Source: Calditrichaceae bacterium (lineage in GTDB: Bacteria > Calditrichota > Calditrichia > Calditrichales > JBFXGD01). Taken from it: DNA of 64,000 nucleotides. Under the pieces are notes generated by a model. That model was not told where the DNA came from, ran no database searches, and worked only from the letters and a program-made list of their open reading frames with translations. Of this stretch, positions 30,157 to 39,771 are shown in pieces (the stretch's first letter is position 1; every line of letters starts with the position of its first letter). Made by a program: the position numbers and the translations under genes. The DNA lies in assembly GCA_050173015.1 (NCBI GenBank), contig JBFXLE010000004.1, forward strand, positions 200,133 to 264,132. The letters are read 5' to 3'.

Positions 30157-30560
30157 ACTGAATTGTACTCCGGATCATCAGTAACCGCGTCGGCTTCAAT
30201 TTCAACAAGTATTTTAGGATCAATCAGCCTTCTGACCTCAACCATTGTCGCCGCGGGACGGATATGGCCAAAGTATTCCCCGTGCGCTCGTCCGATTTCT
30301 TCCCAATCATCGATGTTCACCACGTAGATTCTTGTTCGGACAACGTTTTTAATTGAGGCGCCGGCTTTATTCAATGCGCTTTCAATGTTTTTGAGAATCT
30401 GGATTGTCTGCGCGTACGGATCGTTGATGCCGGTGATATTTCCATCTTTGTCGGTTGAGGTTGTGCCGGAGACAAATATGAGGGAGCCAAAACGGACGGC
30501 GCGGGAGTATCCCACAAGGGACTCCCACTTTGCGCCCGAAGAGATATTTTTTCTTTTCAT
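30153..30560 (-). CDS. RidA/YjgF family protein
   Basis: [24 protein letters not shown] and VEIEA motifs. Confidence 0.9.
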   Translation of the reverse strand: MKRKNISSGAKWESLVGYSRAVRFGSLIFVSGTTSTDKDGNITGINDPYAQTIQILKNIESALNKAGASIKNVVRTRIYVVNIDDWEEIGRAHGEYFGHIRPAATMVEVRRLIDPKILVEIEADAVTDDPEYNSV

Positions 30561-30598
30561 ACCCAAACTTGGCGATGAAAAGAAAAAAATGCAAGAAG

Positions 30599-31483
30599 TT
30601 ATTTCATCAGAATCATGCGTTTCATTTCCTGAAAATTATTTGCCTGAATCCGGTAGAAGTAGATTCCGCTGGCTATATTATCCGCCGCAAATTGAATTTC
30701 ATGGTAACCGGCTTCTTTGTTACCATCGAACAGAGTTTTGATTTTCTTTCCCGTTACGTCAAAAATATCGATCCGGACAAGGCCGGATTCAGGCAAACCG
30801 AATTTTATTCGGGTAGTAGGATTGAACGGATTGGGATAGTTCTGCAACAATGTTATCCGGTCGGGAATCTGAGACGCGAACGGATCGTCTCCGATTCCGG
30901 TGACAACGGATGTAACATCGATCTGAATTGATTTTGTATCCCAGAAACCATAAGGATCCTGTACTTTTAGAGAAAATCCTGCCGGTCCTGTATATGTGGC
31001 CGGTGAAGGAATCAGAATAAGTTCAGATCCATTCTGTGTCACTTCCAGATGATTTAATTGTGATATTTCAAGTTCTAATTCCCAAAGCTCATTGTCCCGG
31101 TCAGAAAGAAAATCCTGAAAGGGGACATAGGTTGACTGGTTTGTGAAAATGTCATCTGTTCCCCAGTCTATTTTCGGGAGGGCAACGGAGACCACATCCG
31201 ACATATTGGATTGATTTCCGTATATATCAACAGCACAGACGCCATAGGCATACTGATCACCGGGTGTGATGTTCTGATCATCGGTGAATGTGGTATCCGG
31301 ATGGGTTACGGTTGCGTGATATTTTAAATCGGTTGTGCTGTTAACTCCGCGGTAAACACGATATTGTGCAATATCAGGTTCCCCGTTTGCGAGCCATACT
31401 AACGTTAATGAGCTGGTCTGAGCAAATAGCTGATTTAGTCCAAAAAGGATTAAGAGAGCGGATAGTAAAATTTTGTATTTCAT
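30599..31483 (-). CDS. Secreted FN3-domain protein with a T9SS-type/FlgD-like C-terminal domain
   Basis: Signal peptide; FN3 pattern (W....[19 protein letters not shown]); [10 protein letters not shown]...SGIYFYRI tail. Confidence 0.85.
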   Translation of the reverse strand: MKYKILLSALLILFGLNQLFAQTSSLTLVWLANGEPDIAQYRVYRGVNSTTDLKYHATVTHPDTTFTDDQNITPGDQYAYGVCAVDIYGNQSNMSDVVSVALPKIDWGTDDIFTNQSTYVPFQDFLSDRDNELWELELEISQLNHLEVTQNGSELILIPSPATYTGPAGFSLKVQDPYGFWDTKSIQIDVTSVVTGIGDDPFASQIPDRITLLQNYPNPFNPTTRIKFGLPESGLVRIDIFDVTGKKIKTLFDGNKEAGYHEIQFAADNIASGIYFYRIQANNFQEMKRMILMK

Positions 31484-31561
31484 CTGATTCTCCGACTGTT
31501 ATATTCATCATTTTGTGTTCAGGTATTTTCACATCATAGGATGCAACCTGTCATCTACTAT

Positions 31562-31578
31562 CTCAAACATTGTGCCAG
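31562..31578 (-). promoter_or_regulatory. Possible sigma54 promoter for the FN3 gene
   Basis: CTGGCAC-AATGT-TTGA against consensus TGGCAC-N5-TTGC; the -12 C is mismatched. Confidence 0.4.
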
Positions 31579-32048
31579 TTTGGAAACCGGGAGAACCGGA
31601 TGATGAAAAGCGGGAGAATCACACCAGCTAAATATATAAATAACAACAATATAATGAATTCAATAATTTAATCGGTTACATTTCAGGATTTGAATACCGA
31701 AAAAATCTATCACTGATGAGAATTGAAATAAAATAAAATGTGGTAATTGATTGATATTACAAGATTTGTCTATTCTAATTGTGACATATTTTGTTAGAGC
31801 AAAAAATGCCCGGAAAAAACTCTTTACACCATCTAAGTTTAAAAAATATAATATATTATGTGTAATTTTACCTGGGTAGGAAAGTAAATAAATTAAATCA
31901 GACGGGAAACGAGAAAAAATTTCACAGTCCGGCATGAATTTATTCTTTAATTCAAATCGGGGGATGTTGATCTTCAGAGGATAACACTTAGAGAGTCCAT
32001 TAAATATAGAGACTCTTTATGGTGACTTTTTAAATGTCATGACCCATT

Positions 32049-32609
32049 TTAATAGTGAAACTGTGGTTTCCATTCGTTGATCCCGTCTGATAAAAGAGCG
32101 AATAAATGCCAAACACTGTTATAAGGGTCAAAAGGGCCGAACACAGCCTGTGCTACCCTATAAATACTTCCGTCATCCGATTTTGTAAATGTTGAAACAC
32201 CGGGCATCCATCCGAGTTCAGATTTAAAACCCATGTCATTTATGAATGTTGAATCTTCCCCGGAGTACATTTCAAATTTCCAGCCTCTTTCGCGCGCGAA
32301 ATTTTGCTGAACCAATGGCCCGTCCGGGGAGACTACGGCAAAAGCGGTCCTGTTTTTAAGATGATCCAATAGTCCGTTAAATCCGTCAGCCCAGAGCGTG
32401 CAATATTTGCAACCGATTCCCATATTATGGATAATGATCAAATCTTTTTTTCCATTGAACAGGGAGGATAAGCTGACCGGTCCCTTGATACCTTTCAGTA
32501 TATAATCATCAATTTTTTCCCGGGGTGATTCGCGTTTTAGTTTTGCCAGTAGTTTCTGTTTTTCCATTATTTCCGATTCAAGGGTCAGTATATCAGAATT
32601 TGGTTTCAT
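32049..32609 (-). CDS. DUF899 family thioredoxin-like protein
   Basis: LS.LF.GK.DLI..HNMG..C.YCTLWADG and PGVS.F motifs. Confidence 0.85.
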   Translation of the reverse strand: MKPNSDILTLESEIMEKQKLLAKLKRESPREKIDDYILKGIKGPVSLSSLFNGKKDLIIIHNMGIGCKYCTLWADGFNGLLDHLKNRTAFAVVSPDGPLVQQNFARERGWKFEMYSGEDSTFINDMGFKSELGWMPGVSTFTKSDDGSIYRVAQAVFGPFDPYNSVWHLFALLSDGINEWKPQFHY

Positions 32610-32739
32610 GATTAAAGTTACCTCCATTAAAGATAGGAAAACGGAATACCAGATTTAACTTAAATCATGGAAAATATATTCTGGGCTGATTTTTTATTAA
32701 AATTAAACATTGGGAGGAAGTGGATGTGGTTTTTGTAAT

Positions 32740-33687
32740 TTATAACCAGGGAATTTTGGACAGATCGACATTGCCTCCGGTCAAAATGATTCCGGTTCGT
32801 TTATTTCTGAATTTATCCGGATTCGCGAGAACCGCGGCCAACGGCACCGCGGAAGACGGTTCGATGATAATCTTCAGACGCTCCCAGGTGAGCCGCATGG
32901 CGTTAATGATGTCCTGTTCATCGACGGTAATGATTTCGGAAACGTATTTTTGAATAATGGGGAATGTAAGGGATCCCAGAGAAGTACGCAGACCGTCGGC
33001 GATGGTATCGGGATTGATCACGGGAATAATTTTTCCGGCTTTGAATGACCGGAACGCGTCATCCGCCTGTGACGGCTCCGCGGCAATTACGGATGTCCCC
33101 GGGAAGAGAGCGGAGGTTGTCAGGCATGTCCCGCTCAGCAAGCCTCCTCCCCCGACCGGGGTGACAACAATATCCAGCTCACCGGTTTCTTCCAGAAGTT
33201 CCAATACCGACGTCCCCTGACCGGCAATTACTTTTGGATTATTATAAGGATGAATAAACCCGGCGCCGGTTCTTTTTACAACATCGTCGAGTGTCTTTTC
33301 GCGGGCCTGCAAGGTTGGCTCGCAAAATATGATTTCCGCTCCGTAACTTGCAACGGCATCCTTTTTGACCTGAGGGGCATTTTCGGGCATGACGACAAAT
33401 GCTTTTATACCGCGCCATTTAGCCGCCAGGGCGATGGCCGCGGCATGATTCCCCGATGAATGGGTGGTGACTCCGGCGGATGCTTCATCCTGAGTGAGTG
33501 ATAACACCGCGTTGCAGGCTCCGCGGATTTTGAATGCTCCGGCTTTTTGGAAATTTTCACATTTGAAGTAAATATCCGCGCCGGTAATTTGGTTCAGATT
33601 TTCAGATGTCATTACGGGAGTATGATGTATAAAAGGTTTGATTATTTTATGCGCCTGTTGAATATCGGATAAGGTCGGAAACTGCAT
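32740..33687 (-). CDS. PLP-dependent serine/threonine dehydratase (serine racemase-like)
   Basis: KCENFQK.GAFKIRGA, HSSGNH, PVGGGGL and TGGNVD motifs. Confidence 0.9.
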   Translation of the reverse strand: MQFPTLSDIQQAHKIIKPFIHHTPVMTSENLNQITGADIYFKCENFQKAGAFKIRGACNAVLSLTQDEASAGVTTHSSGNHAAAIALAAKWRGIKAFVVMPENAPQVKKDAVASYGAEIIFCEPTLQAREKTLDDVVKRTGAGFIHPYNNPKVIAGQGTSVLELLEETGELDIVVTPVGGGGLLSGTCLTTSALFPGTSVIAAEPSQADDAFRSFKAGKIIPVINPDTIADGLRTSLGSLTFPIIQKYVSEIITVDEQDIINAMRLTWERLKIIIEPSSAVPLAAVLANPDKFRNKRTGIILTGGNVDLSKIPWL

Positions 33688-33847
33688 CTCTATTCTTCCT
33701 TTAAGGATTATGCCGGACTTTTATTAAGAAACAGGTAAAATATTCTAATTGTTAAACTTCAAATAAGATAAATCATTCGTCTGTATTTTGCATATAAAAA
33801 TTGCCGTGTTTGAATTCGTTTATTTCGGACGACAGGCAGCATGCGGA

Positions 33848-34720
33848 TTATCGGTGGGGGTGAGACTGAAGTATTTGATTGGCTTTTTCCCTGATTTCTG
33901 TCAAAGATGCCGGTTTTAATATAAATGGCAGATTATTTTCTTCAAGAAACCGGCTATGATCAGGAGAGGATAAGGACGTTAGGAACAGGATGTTCTTTTT
34001 TATTTCAGGATCCTGTTTGACCGCTTTTTCATAAAACTCGATACCGCTCATAATCGGCATATCGATATCGGTGATAATCAAATCATAATAATTGTTCATG
34101 GTTTTGTAAAATCCTGTTTCGCCGTTCTCCGCCGTTTCGGTGATGCCTTCCTGTTCAAATAAGCTTTCCAGTAACTCCAGGATCGCGCGCGAATCATCAA
34201 GAATGAGTATATTTGGTTTCCAAATTTGAGAGAGTTTCCTCAGTTGATTCAAATATTTTTGTCCTTCGGGTATTGAGGCAAACAGTTTTTCCGTTTCTGA
34301 TTTATGTTTTTGGATTATTGATACCGCCCGCTGGAAATCACGGGATTCATTTTTTAACATAGTTACTACATATAAAAACAGTTCATTCCACTCAGAAAAT
34401 TCAATGGATGCGATACATTCAAGTATATCATCTTTTGTCAGTTTACCTGTTTTCAGAAGTTGTTTGTTTTTATTAATCGGACCTTCCACGTTTTTCTTTG
34501 TTTGCTCGTCAATTCGAATATCTGATATATATTCCACTGACTCATTTCCGAGCAGGCGTGAGGCCGACATCATGGTATGTCTATGCCATAACTCATCCCT
34601 GGAAAGCAGAGTTAATTGTTCTGAAAGTAATTCATCGTCTTTAAAGTAATTCGCCGCATCGCGGTAGAGCTCAAAAGCGTGATTCTCAATTGATACCAGC
34701 CAATCCACAAGATTTTTCAA
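33848..34720 (-). CDS. Ferritin/rubrerythrin-like domain fused to a response-regulator receiver
   Basis: N-terminal E..A..LY...DE.WH helical bundle; C-terminal ILILDD, TDIDMP.MSG, FLTS and KP. Confidence 0.75.
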   Translation of the reverse strand: MKNLVDWLVSIENHAFELYRDAANYFKDDELLSEQLTLLSRDELWHRHTMMSASRLLGNESVEYISDIRIDEQTKKNVEGPINKNKQLLKTGKLTKDDILECIASIEFSEWNELFLYVVTMLKNESRDFQRAVSIIQKHKSETEKLFASIPEGQKYLNQLRKLSQIWKPNILILDDSRAILELLESLFEQEGITETAENGETGFYKTMNNYYDLIITDIDMPIMSGIEFYEKAVKQDPEIKKNILFLTSLSSPDHSRFLEENNLPFILKPASLTEIREKANQILQSHPHR

Positions 34721-34815
34721 TTTGTTCTCTGCATTTGTTTCAAATGGTTTATATATTTTCGTATGAAATTCAATTCAACAAAGTTTCATTCACCGGAGAT
34801 TCAATTTTAACCGGC

Positions 34816-35469
34816 TCAATCTTGTTTCAAATATGCTTTGGCGGCGTTTAAAAGGATTTCAGATTTAATCCTGACGCGATGATCGGGATTTACATATTCG
34901 AACTTGATAAGACCATCCGTTCCGATGATAAAAACGGCGGGAACGGGTAAAATATGATGATTTTCCCCGGAAGCCGCCTCTATATCCATTTCATGCGATT
35001 TATACATAGCCACTTTCTCATCATCAAGTTTGTAGGCAACGCCAAAGGCCTTCGCGCTTTTTAACTTGCTGTCTGAAAGCAGTTTGTAAGTTAACCGGTG
35101 GCGATTGACACTTTCAGAAAGTTTTTCCGGCCGATCGGCACTGATCCCGATGATCTGGTATCCTAAATTTATTAAATCCTGCTCAATGTCCTGCAGTTGA
35201 CCCAACTGCAAATTACAATACGGTCACCAACCGCCGCGGTAGATGATCAGAATGGTCGGTGTTTTTGAAACTGATTTTGTTAAATCATAAGAATTGCCAT
35301 CCAGGTCCTTAAGAACCAGATTCGGTACCTGACTACCCACAAGCAGCGGGCAGATCTCGGTCGGCGAAGACGCGACTTGTCGCGATCCTTGTGAGACGCT
35401 TGAAAGTGGAAATAAGAGCAAAATCAAAGGTATGATTAGTACTGCAAAGTTAATCAATTTAAAATTCAT
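34816..35469 (-). CDS. AhpC/TSA peroxiredoxin-like selenoprotein (UxxC), exported
   Basis: ORFs 35224-35469 and 34816-35211 are in one frame, joined by TGA at 35226-24: YRGGW-U-PYCN. SECIS-like hairpin follows. Confidence 0.85.
35191..35211 (-). promoter_or_regulatory. Bacterial SECIS-like hairpin
   Basis: TGCAGTTG-GGT-CAACTGCA: perfect 8-bp stem with G-first loop, starting 13 nt after the UGA. Confidence 0.7.
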
Positions 35470-35517
35470 TGATTCCCCCGGTTTTATTTATAAAGTAAAA
35501 TTCTTTAGTTCGGAAAA

Positions 35518-36234
35518 CTATCCCGCCTGATCCAGGCAGACGATCTCTTTTAAGGCCTCCGTTCTAATTGAGCCGTTGTAAAGCGCGCTTCCAAACATGA
35601 TCGAGTCGGCGTCGGATTCCCGGATACGTTTAATGTCATTTGTTTGGCTGAAATCAGAATTTATAATTAATTTAATTTCCGGAAATTGCCGTTTGATCTG
35701 AAGGCAAATGTCTGAAATACTCTGATTAAACTGAAAGTCCCTGTTTGACAAGGTGCAGATGAATTCTCTGACACCGGCTTGATAGAATCCGCCTATAAAT
35801 TGAAGGACATCAGAATCCGGTAAACTGGATTGATTCGCCATTTCGGCTTCGATGATAATATTTGACGCTCCAAATTTGGTAAGCCATGAGCGTACCAGGA
35901 TTTTCCTTCGGTCGGCGATATTACCGGCGGATATTTTATCCGCTCCGCATTCAAGGGCTGTCCGGACATCATCGGTGGATTCGACTCCTCCGGCTAAAAT
36001 GACGTTCGCGCCGGGAAGTTCGGAAAGACGCTCAAGCGTCTGCCAATTGACAAGAGTTTTTTGCAGCACTCCGTCAAGATCAAACATATAGAATCTATAA
36101 ACTCCCAAATCCATAAAATACCGGGCGACCGATACCGGATCTTCAGTATAGATATTTTTTTCGAATTCATCGTCGGAACTCAATTTACGGCATTTCCCGC
36201 CGGTTACTTCTATGATGGGTACGATAGATTTCAT
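35518..36234 (-). CDS. Divergent HisA/HisF-like TIM-barrel protein
   Basis: DPV.VA..F...G, DLDG, GGV.S..DV...L..GA and GSALY.G motifs. The catalytic PAID motif appears as PIIE. Confidence 0.7.
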   Translation of the reverse strand: MKSIVPIIEVTGGKCRKLSSDDEFEKNIYTEDPVSVARYFMDLGVYRFYMFDLDGVLQKTLVNWQTLERLSELPGANVILAGGVESTDDVRTALECGADKISAGNIADRRKILVRSWLTKFGASNIIIEAEMANQSSLPDSDVLQFIGGFYQAGVREFICTLSNRDFQFNQSISDICLQIKRQFPEIKLIINSDFSQTNDIKRIRESDADSIMFGSALYNGSIRTEALKEIVCLDQAG

Positions 36235-36324
36235 GAAAAGATGATCCTTAAAATTTTATCTGGCGTCAATTACAGTTTTTGTTTCTGTCGATTAAAAATT
36301 TAAAAACTTACAATAATTTTTATT

Positions 36325-37194
36325 TTATGATTCAAAAACATCTTTAAATGTTAATAACCTTTTCGATACCGCGGGGTGAGAATAATTTAGACCGTCAAAT
36401 CCTCTTCCGCCGATAAACAATTTTATGCTGAAACGGTCGCATAAGTCGCAGATGTTATCAAATTCGGCCTGGGTACGCACGGGATCTTCAAAATAGGTGC
36501 TGGAAATGTACATTCGCTCAGGCGCGAAATGTTCAAATATGTGTTCCAAACGCGTCTGTGGCGTTTTTTGTCCGCTAAAAAGCACTTTGAAACCGCGTAG
36601 TTCCAATATATGATCGACCATTTTCAGCGCGATATCATGAAGTTCAAGATCGAAGTTCATGCACATTGCCATCCCGACCCTTTTTTGTGGCATTCGAATA
36701 ATTCCCTGCAGACGAATGAGACTATCTTTTATAGTCTGAGACGCGAAATGTTCCTCCGTGATCGAGATGATCTCTTTTTCCCACAGGTCACCAATTTGAT
36801 AGAGAAGTGGGGTGACCAGCCGGTCATAAATTTCATATAACGGATATTGCGCAAGATATAAGCCGTTCAATACCTGTTGTACACGGCTCCGGTTACAGTT
36901 TAACGCCTGCTGTAGTGTGTAGGCAATAAGATAGTCGAAATCATGATGAAAAATATGGTAACTGATCTGTAAATCTTCTTCTTTTTCAATAGGAATGACC
37001 TGAATTTTTGATGAATATTTATTATTCTCGTCAATAAATTTTTTCAAATGTTCAATTAAAAATTTCCGGTGACCGCCTGCTGTCTTGACACACTCCAGCT
37101 TACCTGATTCCGTCCATCGTTTGATGGAGGATACATTTACACCGAGCAGGACTGCTGCCTCCTCCGTACTAAAATATTGTATTTTTCCTTTCAT
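36325..37194 (-). CDS. CarH/LitR-like B12-dependent photoreceptor repressor (MerR/excisionase HTH + B12-binding domains)
   Basis: HTH S..EAA.LLGV..SSIKRW...G.L...KT.GGHR; W-x9-EH (WEKEIISITEEH); ELH; GG. Divergent from the crt operon. Confidence 0.8.
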   Translation of the reverse strand: MKGKIQYFSTEEAAVLLGVNVSSIKRWTESGKLECVKTAGGHRKFLIEHLKKFIDENNKYSSKIQVIPIEKEEDLQISYHIFHHDFDYLIAYTLQQALNCNRSRVQQVLNGLYLAQYPLYEIYDRLVTPLLYQIGDLWEKEIISITEEHFASQTIKDSLIRLQGIIRMPQKRVGMAMCMNFDLELHDIALKMVDHILELRGFKVLFSGQKTPQTRLEHIFEHFAPERMYISSTYFEDPVRTQAEFDNICDLCDRFSIKLFIGGRGFDGLNYSHPAVSKRLLTFKDVFES

Positions 37195-37584
37195 CGCTAC
37201 CTCCCTATGAACAGAGCCGGCTTAAAATACAATCTCCCGGATGATTAAATTAGTTGTACCCAATAAAAAACGCTTATTTCGCTCATAAAATGAATTTAAG
37301 CTGAAAATATTGAAAGAACAACAGAAAATGAATAAAATCACCATCTCCCGGCTTTAGTATATCTAAACGGTTCTCTATAATGAAAAAAATATATTAAAAA
37401 TTCCGGAATTATTTTTAGATGTATGAAGTTATTTAAAACAAAATGAGCGATATGAGCGAAATAATTTTGATTTGGACAAAAAGTATAACTCGAGGCGATA
37501 ACCTATACAAAGCTGTTCGGATCAGTTAAATGAAAAATCTATGAATAGTTTAAAACAAGGCAGATCAGGGAGAAATAAATAATA

Positions 37585-38265
37585 GTGATGAAAGCAGAAT
37601 ATCTGATTTTTAATTTACTGATTGTTTCGGGCCCGGTTGTTCTGAGTTTTGACCGCAGAGTAAATTTCTATGGATTGTGGGCGAAAGCATTGACGGCATC
37701 GATAATCACGCTTGTGCCGTTTGTCATATGGGATATACTGGTTGCCGGAAAACACTGGTGGTTTAATGATGCCTATATAACGGGAATCAGGATTGCGGGA
37801 CTACCTGTCGAAGAACTGATGTTTTTTGTGACCGTTCCATTTGCCTGCATTTTCATCTGGGAAGTTCTCGGCGCGTATGTTTCTGATTACAGAATAGAAA
37901 AAGCAGCCCTGTTTAGATTTATCCTGTATTTTTTGTTATTTCCGGCCGCCTTTTATTTGTTGAACGGCAAAATATACACGGCGCTTGTCCTTACTGCCAT
38001 CAGTCTGACGGCGTTGCTGGACAGGATTCTCCAAACGGATATTTTTACCAGATCGAGAACATATCTGCAGTTTATGCTTGTTACATTCTTAATTTTAATA
38101 TTTAACGGATATCTTACCTCGAGACCAATCGTATTGTATGATCCCGTTTATCAAATCAACTTTAGAATTATGACGGTGCCTTTGGAAGATTTCTTTTACG
38201 GATATGCTCATGTTTTCTCATCGGTCATAGTTTATTTGAAACTGAAAGGAGATATCCGTGGCTAA
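37585..38265 (+). CDS. crtYcd: Lycopene cyclase, fused CrtYc/d type
   Basis: Two repeats: WD...W.FN...LPVEE.MFF and NGYLT...VPLEDFFY. Confidence 0.8.
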   Translation: MMKAEYLIFNLLIVSGPVVLSFDRRVNFYGLWAKALTASIITLVPFVIWDILVAGKHWWFNDAYITGIRIAGLPVEELMFFVTVPFACIFIWEVLGAYVSDYRIEKAALFRFILYFLLFPAAFYLLNGKIYTALVLTAISLTALLDRILQTDIFTRSRTYLQFMLVTFLILIFNGYLTSRPIVLYDPVYQINFRIMTVPLEDFFYGYAHVFSSVIVYLKLKGDIRG

Positions 38266-39769
38266 ACGAGTGACAGTGATAGGAGCCGGCTTGGGAGGCT
38301 TATCGGCAGCGATTCGACTTGCAAGCATGGGTTTTAAAGTAACTGTTTTCGAAAAAAACGAGAAACCCGGCGGCAAGATGAATGAAATAATAAATCATGC
38401 ATATCGTTTTGACACGGGGCCATCCCTGCTTACCATGCCGTTTGTAATTGATGAGTTGTTTGAATACGCCGGTTTTAAACGCTTTGATTTTCTTGAATTC
38501 AAACCTGTTGATCCGGTGTGCCGCTACTTTTTTAACGATGGCAGTACGTTTGATACCTTTAATAATCCTGAGGAAATGATCTTTTCTCTCGCGGGCTTCG
38601 CGCCGGAGGAAGTTGAAAATTACCAAAAATTCATGGCTTATTCCCGTGATCTTTATGAAAGAGCCGGTCACCTGTTTTTGACCACACCTATTCATGAGAA
38701 AGCTAAAATGTTCAGGCCGGGCATCTTCTCCCTCATCGCGGGGATACATAAAATAGATCCATTCCGCACAGTCCACCAGGGAGTATCCGGTTTTTTTAAT
38801 GACAAGCGTCTCATTCAGTTATTTGACCGTTACGCGACGTACAACGGATCAGATCCCTACAGGGCGCCGGCTACGCTTAATATGATTCCTTATCTGGAAA
38901 CTCATCCGGGGGCTTTCTATATAAGCGGAGGGATGTACCGGCTGGTTGACACAATGGTAAAAATCGCGGAAACACTCCAAATCGATATCCGGACTTCCAC
39001 AATTGTAGAACAGATTATACATAAGAACAAAAAGGTGGAAGCGGTGAGTATCGACGGGCATGAATTGAAAACAGATTATGTGGTATGCAACGCCGACGTT
39101 GTTTCCGCTTATACCGGATTGATAGACGGTTTGCCCAAAAAAACAAAACGTTACCAGAAACTGGAACCATCGCTTTCCGGGATGGTATTCCTGTGGGGAA
39201 TTAAAGGGACTCATTCAGGGTTAAAACATCATAATATCCTTTTTAGCAAAAACTATAAAAAAGAATTCGCTCGTATATTTAATGATCTTCAACATCCCGA
39301 TGACCCCACGGTTTATATTGCCATAACCAGTAAAACAGATCCGGAACACGCCCCGGAAAATGGTGAAAACTGGTTTGTACTTGTGAATATGCCTTATCTG
39401 GCTGTTCAAAATAAATGGACATCTGACATTGATTCGGTTCGAAAAACTATATTTAGAAAACTTGCTGAACACGGGATTGATGTAGCCGGTAAAATCGAAA
39501 CAGAGAAGGTGCTCACCCCCGAAACTTTTCAAAATTTATATGGCGCGAACCGCGGCAGTATTTACGGGTTATCTTCAAATAGTCGGTTAAGCGCGTTCTT
39601 AAGACCGGCCAACCGAAGCCGTGAAATCGAAGGCCTGTATTTTGTCGGTGGATCCGCGCATCCGGGCGGCGGAATTCCACTTGTCATTTTATCGGGAAAA
39701 ATGACAGCTGACCTGATCGGCGAAACGGTTAGCTTCACACAAAAAAACAGATATAAAGTAAAGGCTTAA
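38258..39769 (+). CDS. CrtI-family desaturase, probably CrtD-type 1-hydroxycarotenoid 3,4-desaturase
   Basis: GAGLGGL, FDTGPSLLTMP, FDRYATYNGSDP and GSAHPGGGIP motifs. Confidence 0.75.
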   Translation: MAKRVTVIGAGLGGLSAAIRLASMGFKVTVFEKNEKPGGKMNEIINHAYRFDTGPSLLTMPFVIDELFEYAGFKRFDFLEFKPVDPVCRYFFNDGSTFDTFNNPEEMIFSLAGFAPEEVENYQKFMAYSRDLYERAGHLFLTTPIHEKAKMFRPGIFSLIAGIHKIDPFRTVHQGVSGFFNDKRLIQLFDRYATYNGSDPYRAPATLNMIPYLETHPGAFYISGGMYRLVDTMVKIAETLQIDIRTSTIVEQIIHKNKKVEAVSIDGHELKTDYVVCNADVVSAYTGLIDGLPKKTKRYQKLEPSLSGMVFLWGIKGTHSGLKHHNILFSKNYKKEFARIFNDLQHPDDPTVYIAITSKTDPEHAPENGENWFVLVNMPYLAVQNKWTSDIDSVRKTIFRKLAEHGIDVAGKIETEKVLTPETFQNLYGANRGSIYGLSSNSRLSAFLRPANRSREIEGLYFVGGSAHPGGGIPLVILSGKMTADLIGETVSFTQKNRYKVKA

Positions 39770-39771
39770 TA

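Noticed and set aside
37195-37584. Cobalamin riboswitch controlling the TBDT-containing operon
   Set aside because: No B12-box or GGGAA/GCCACTG elements were found.
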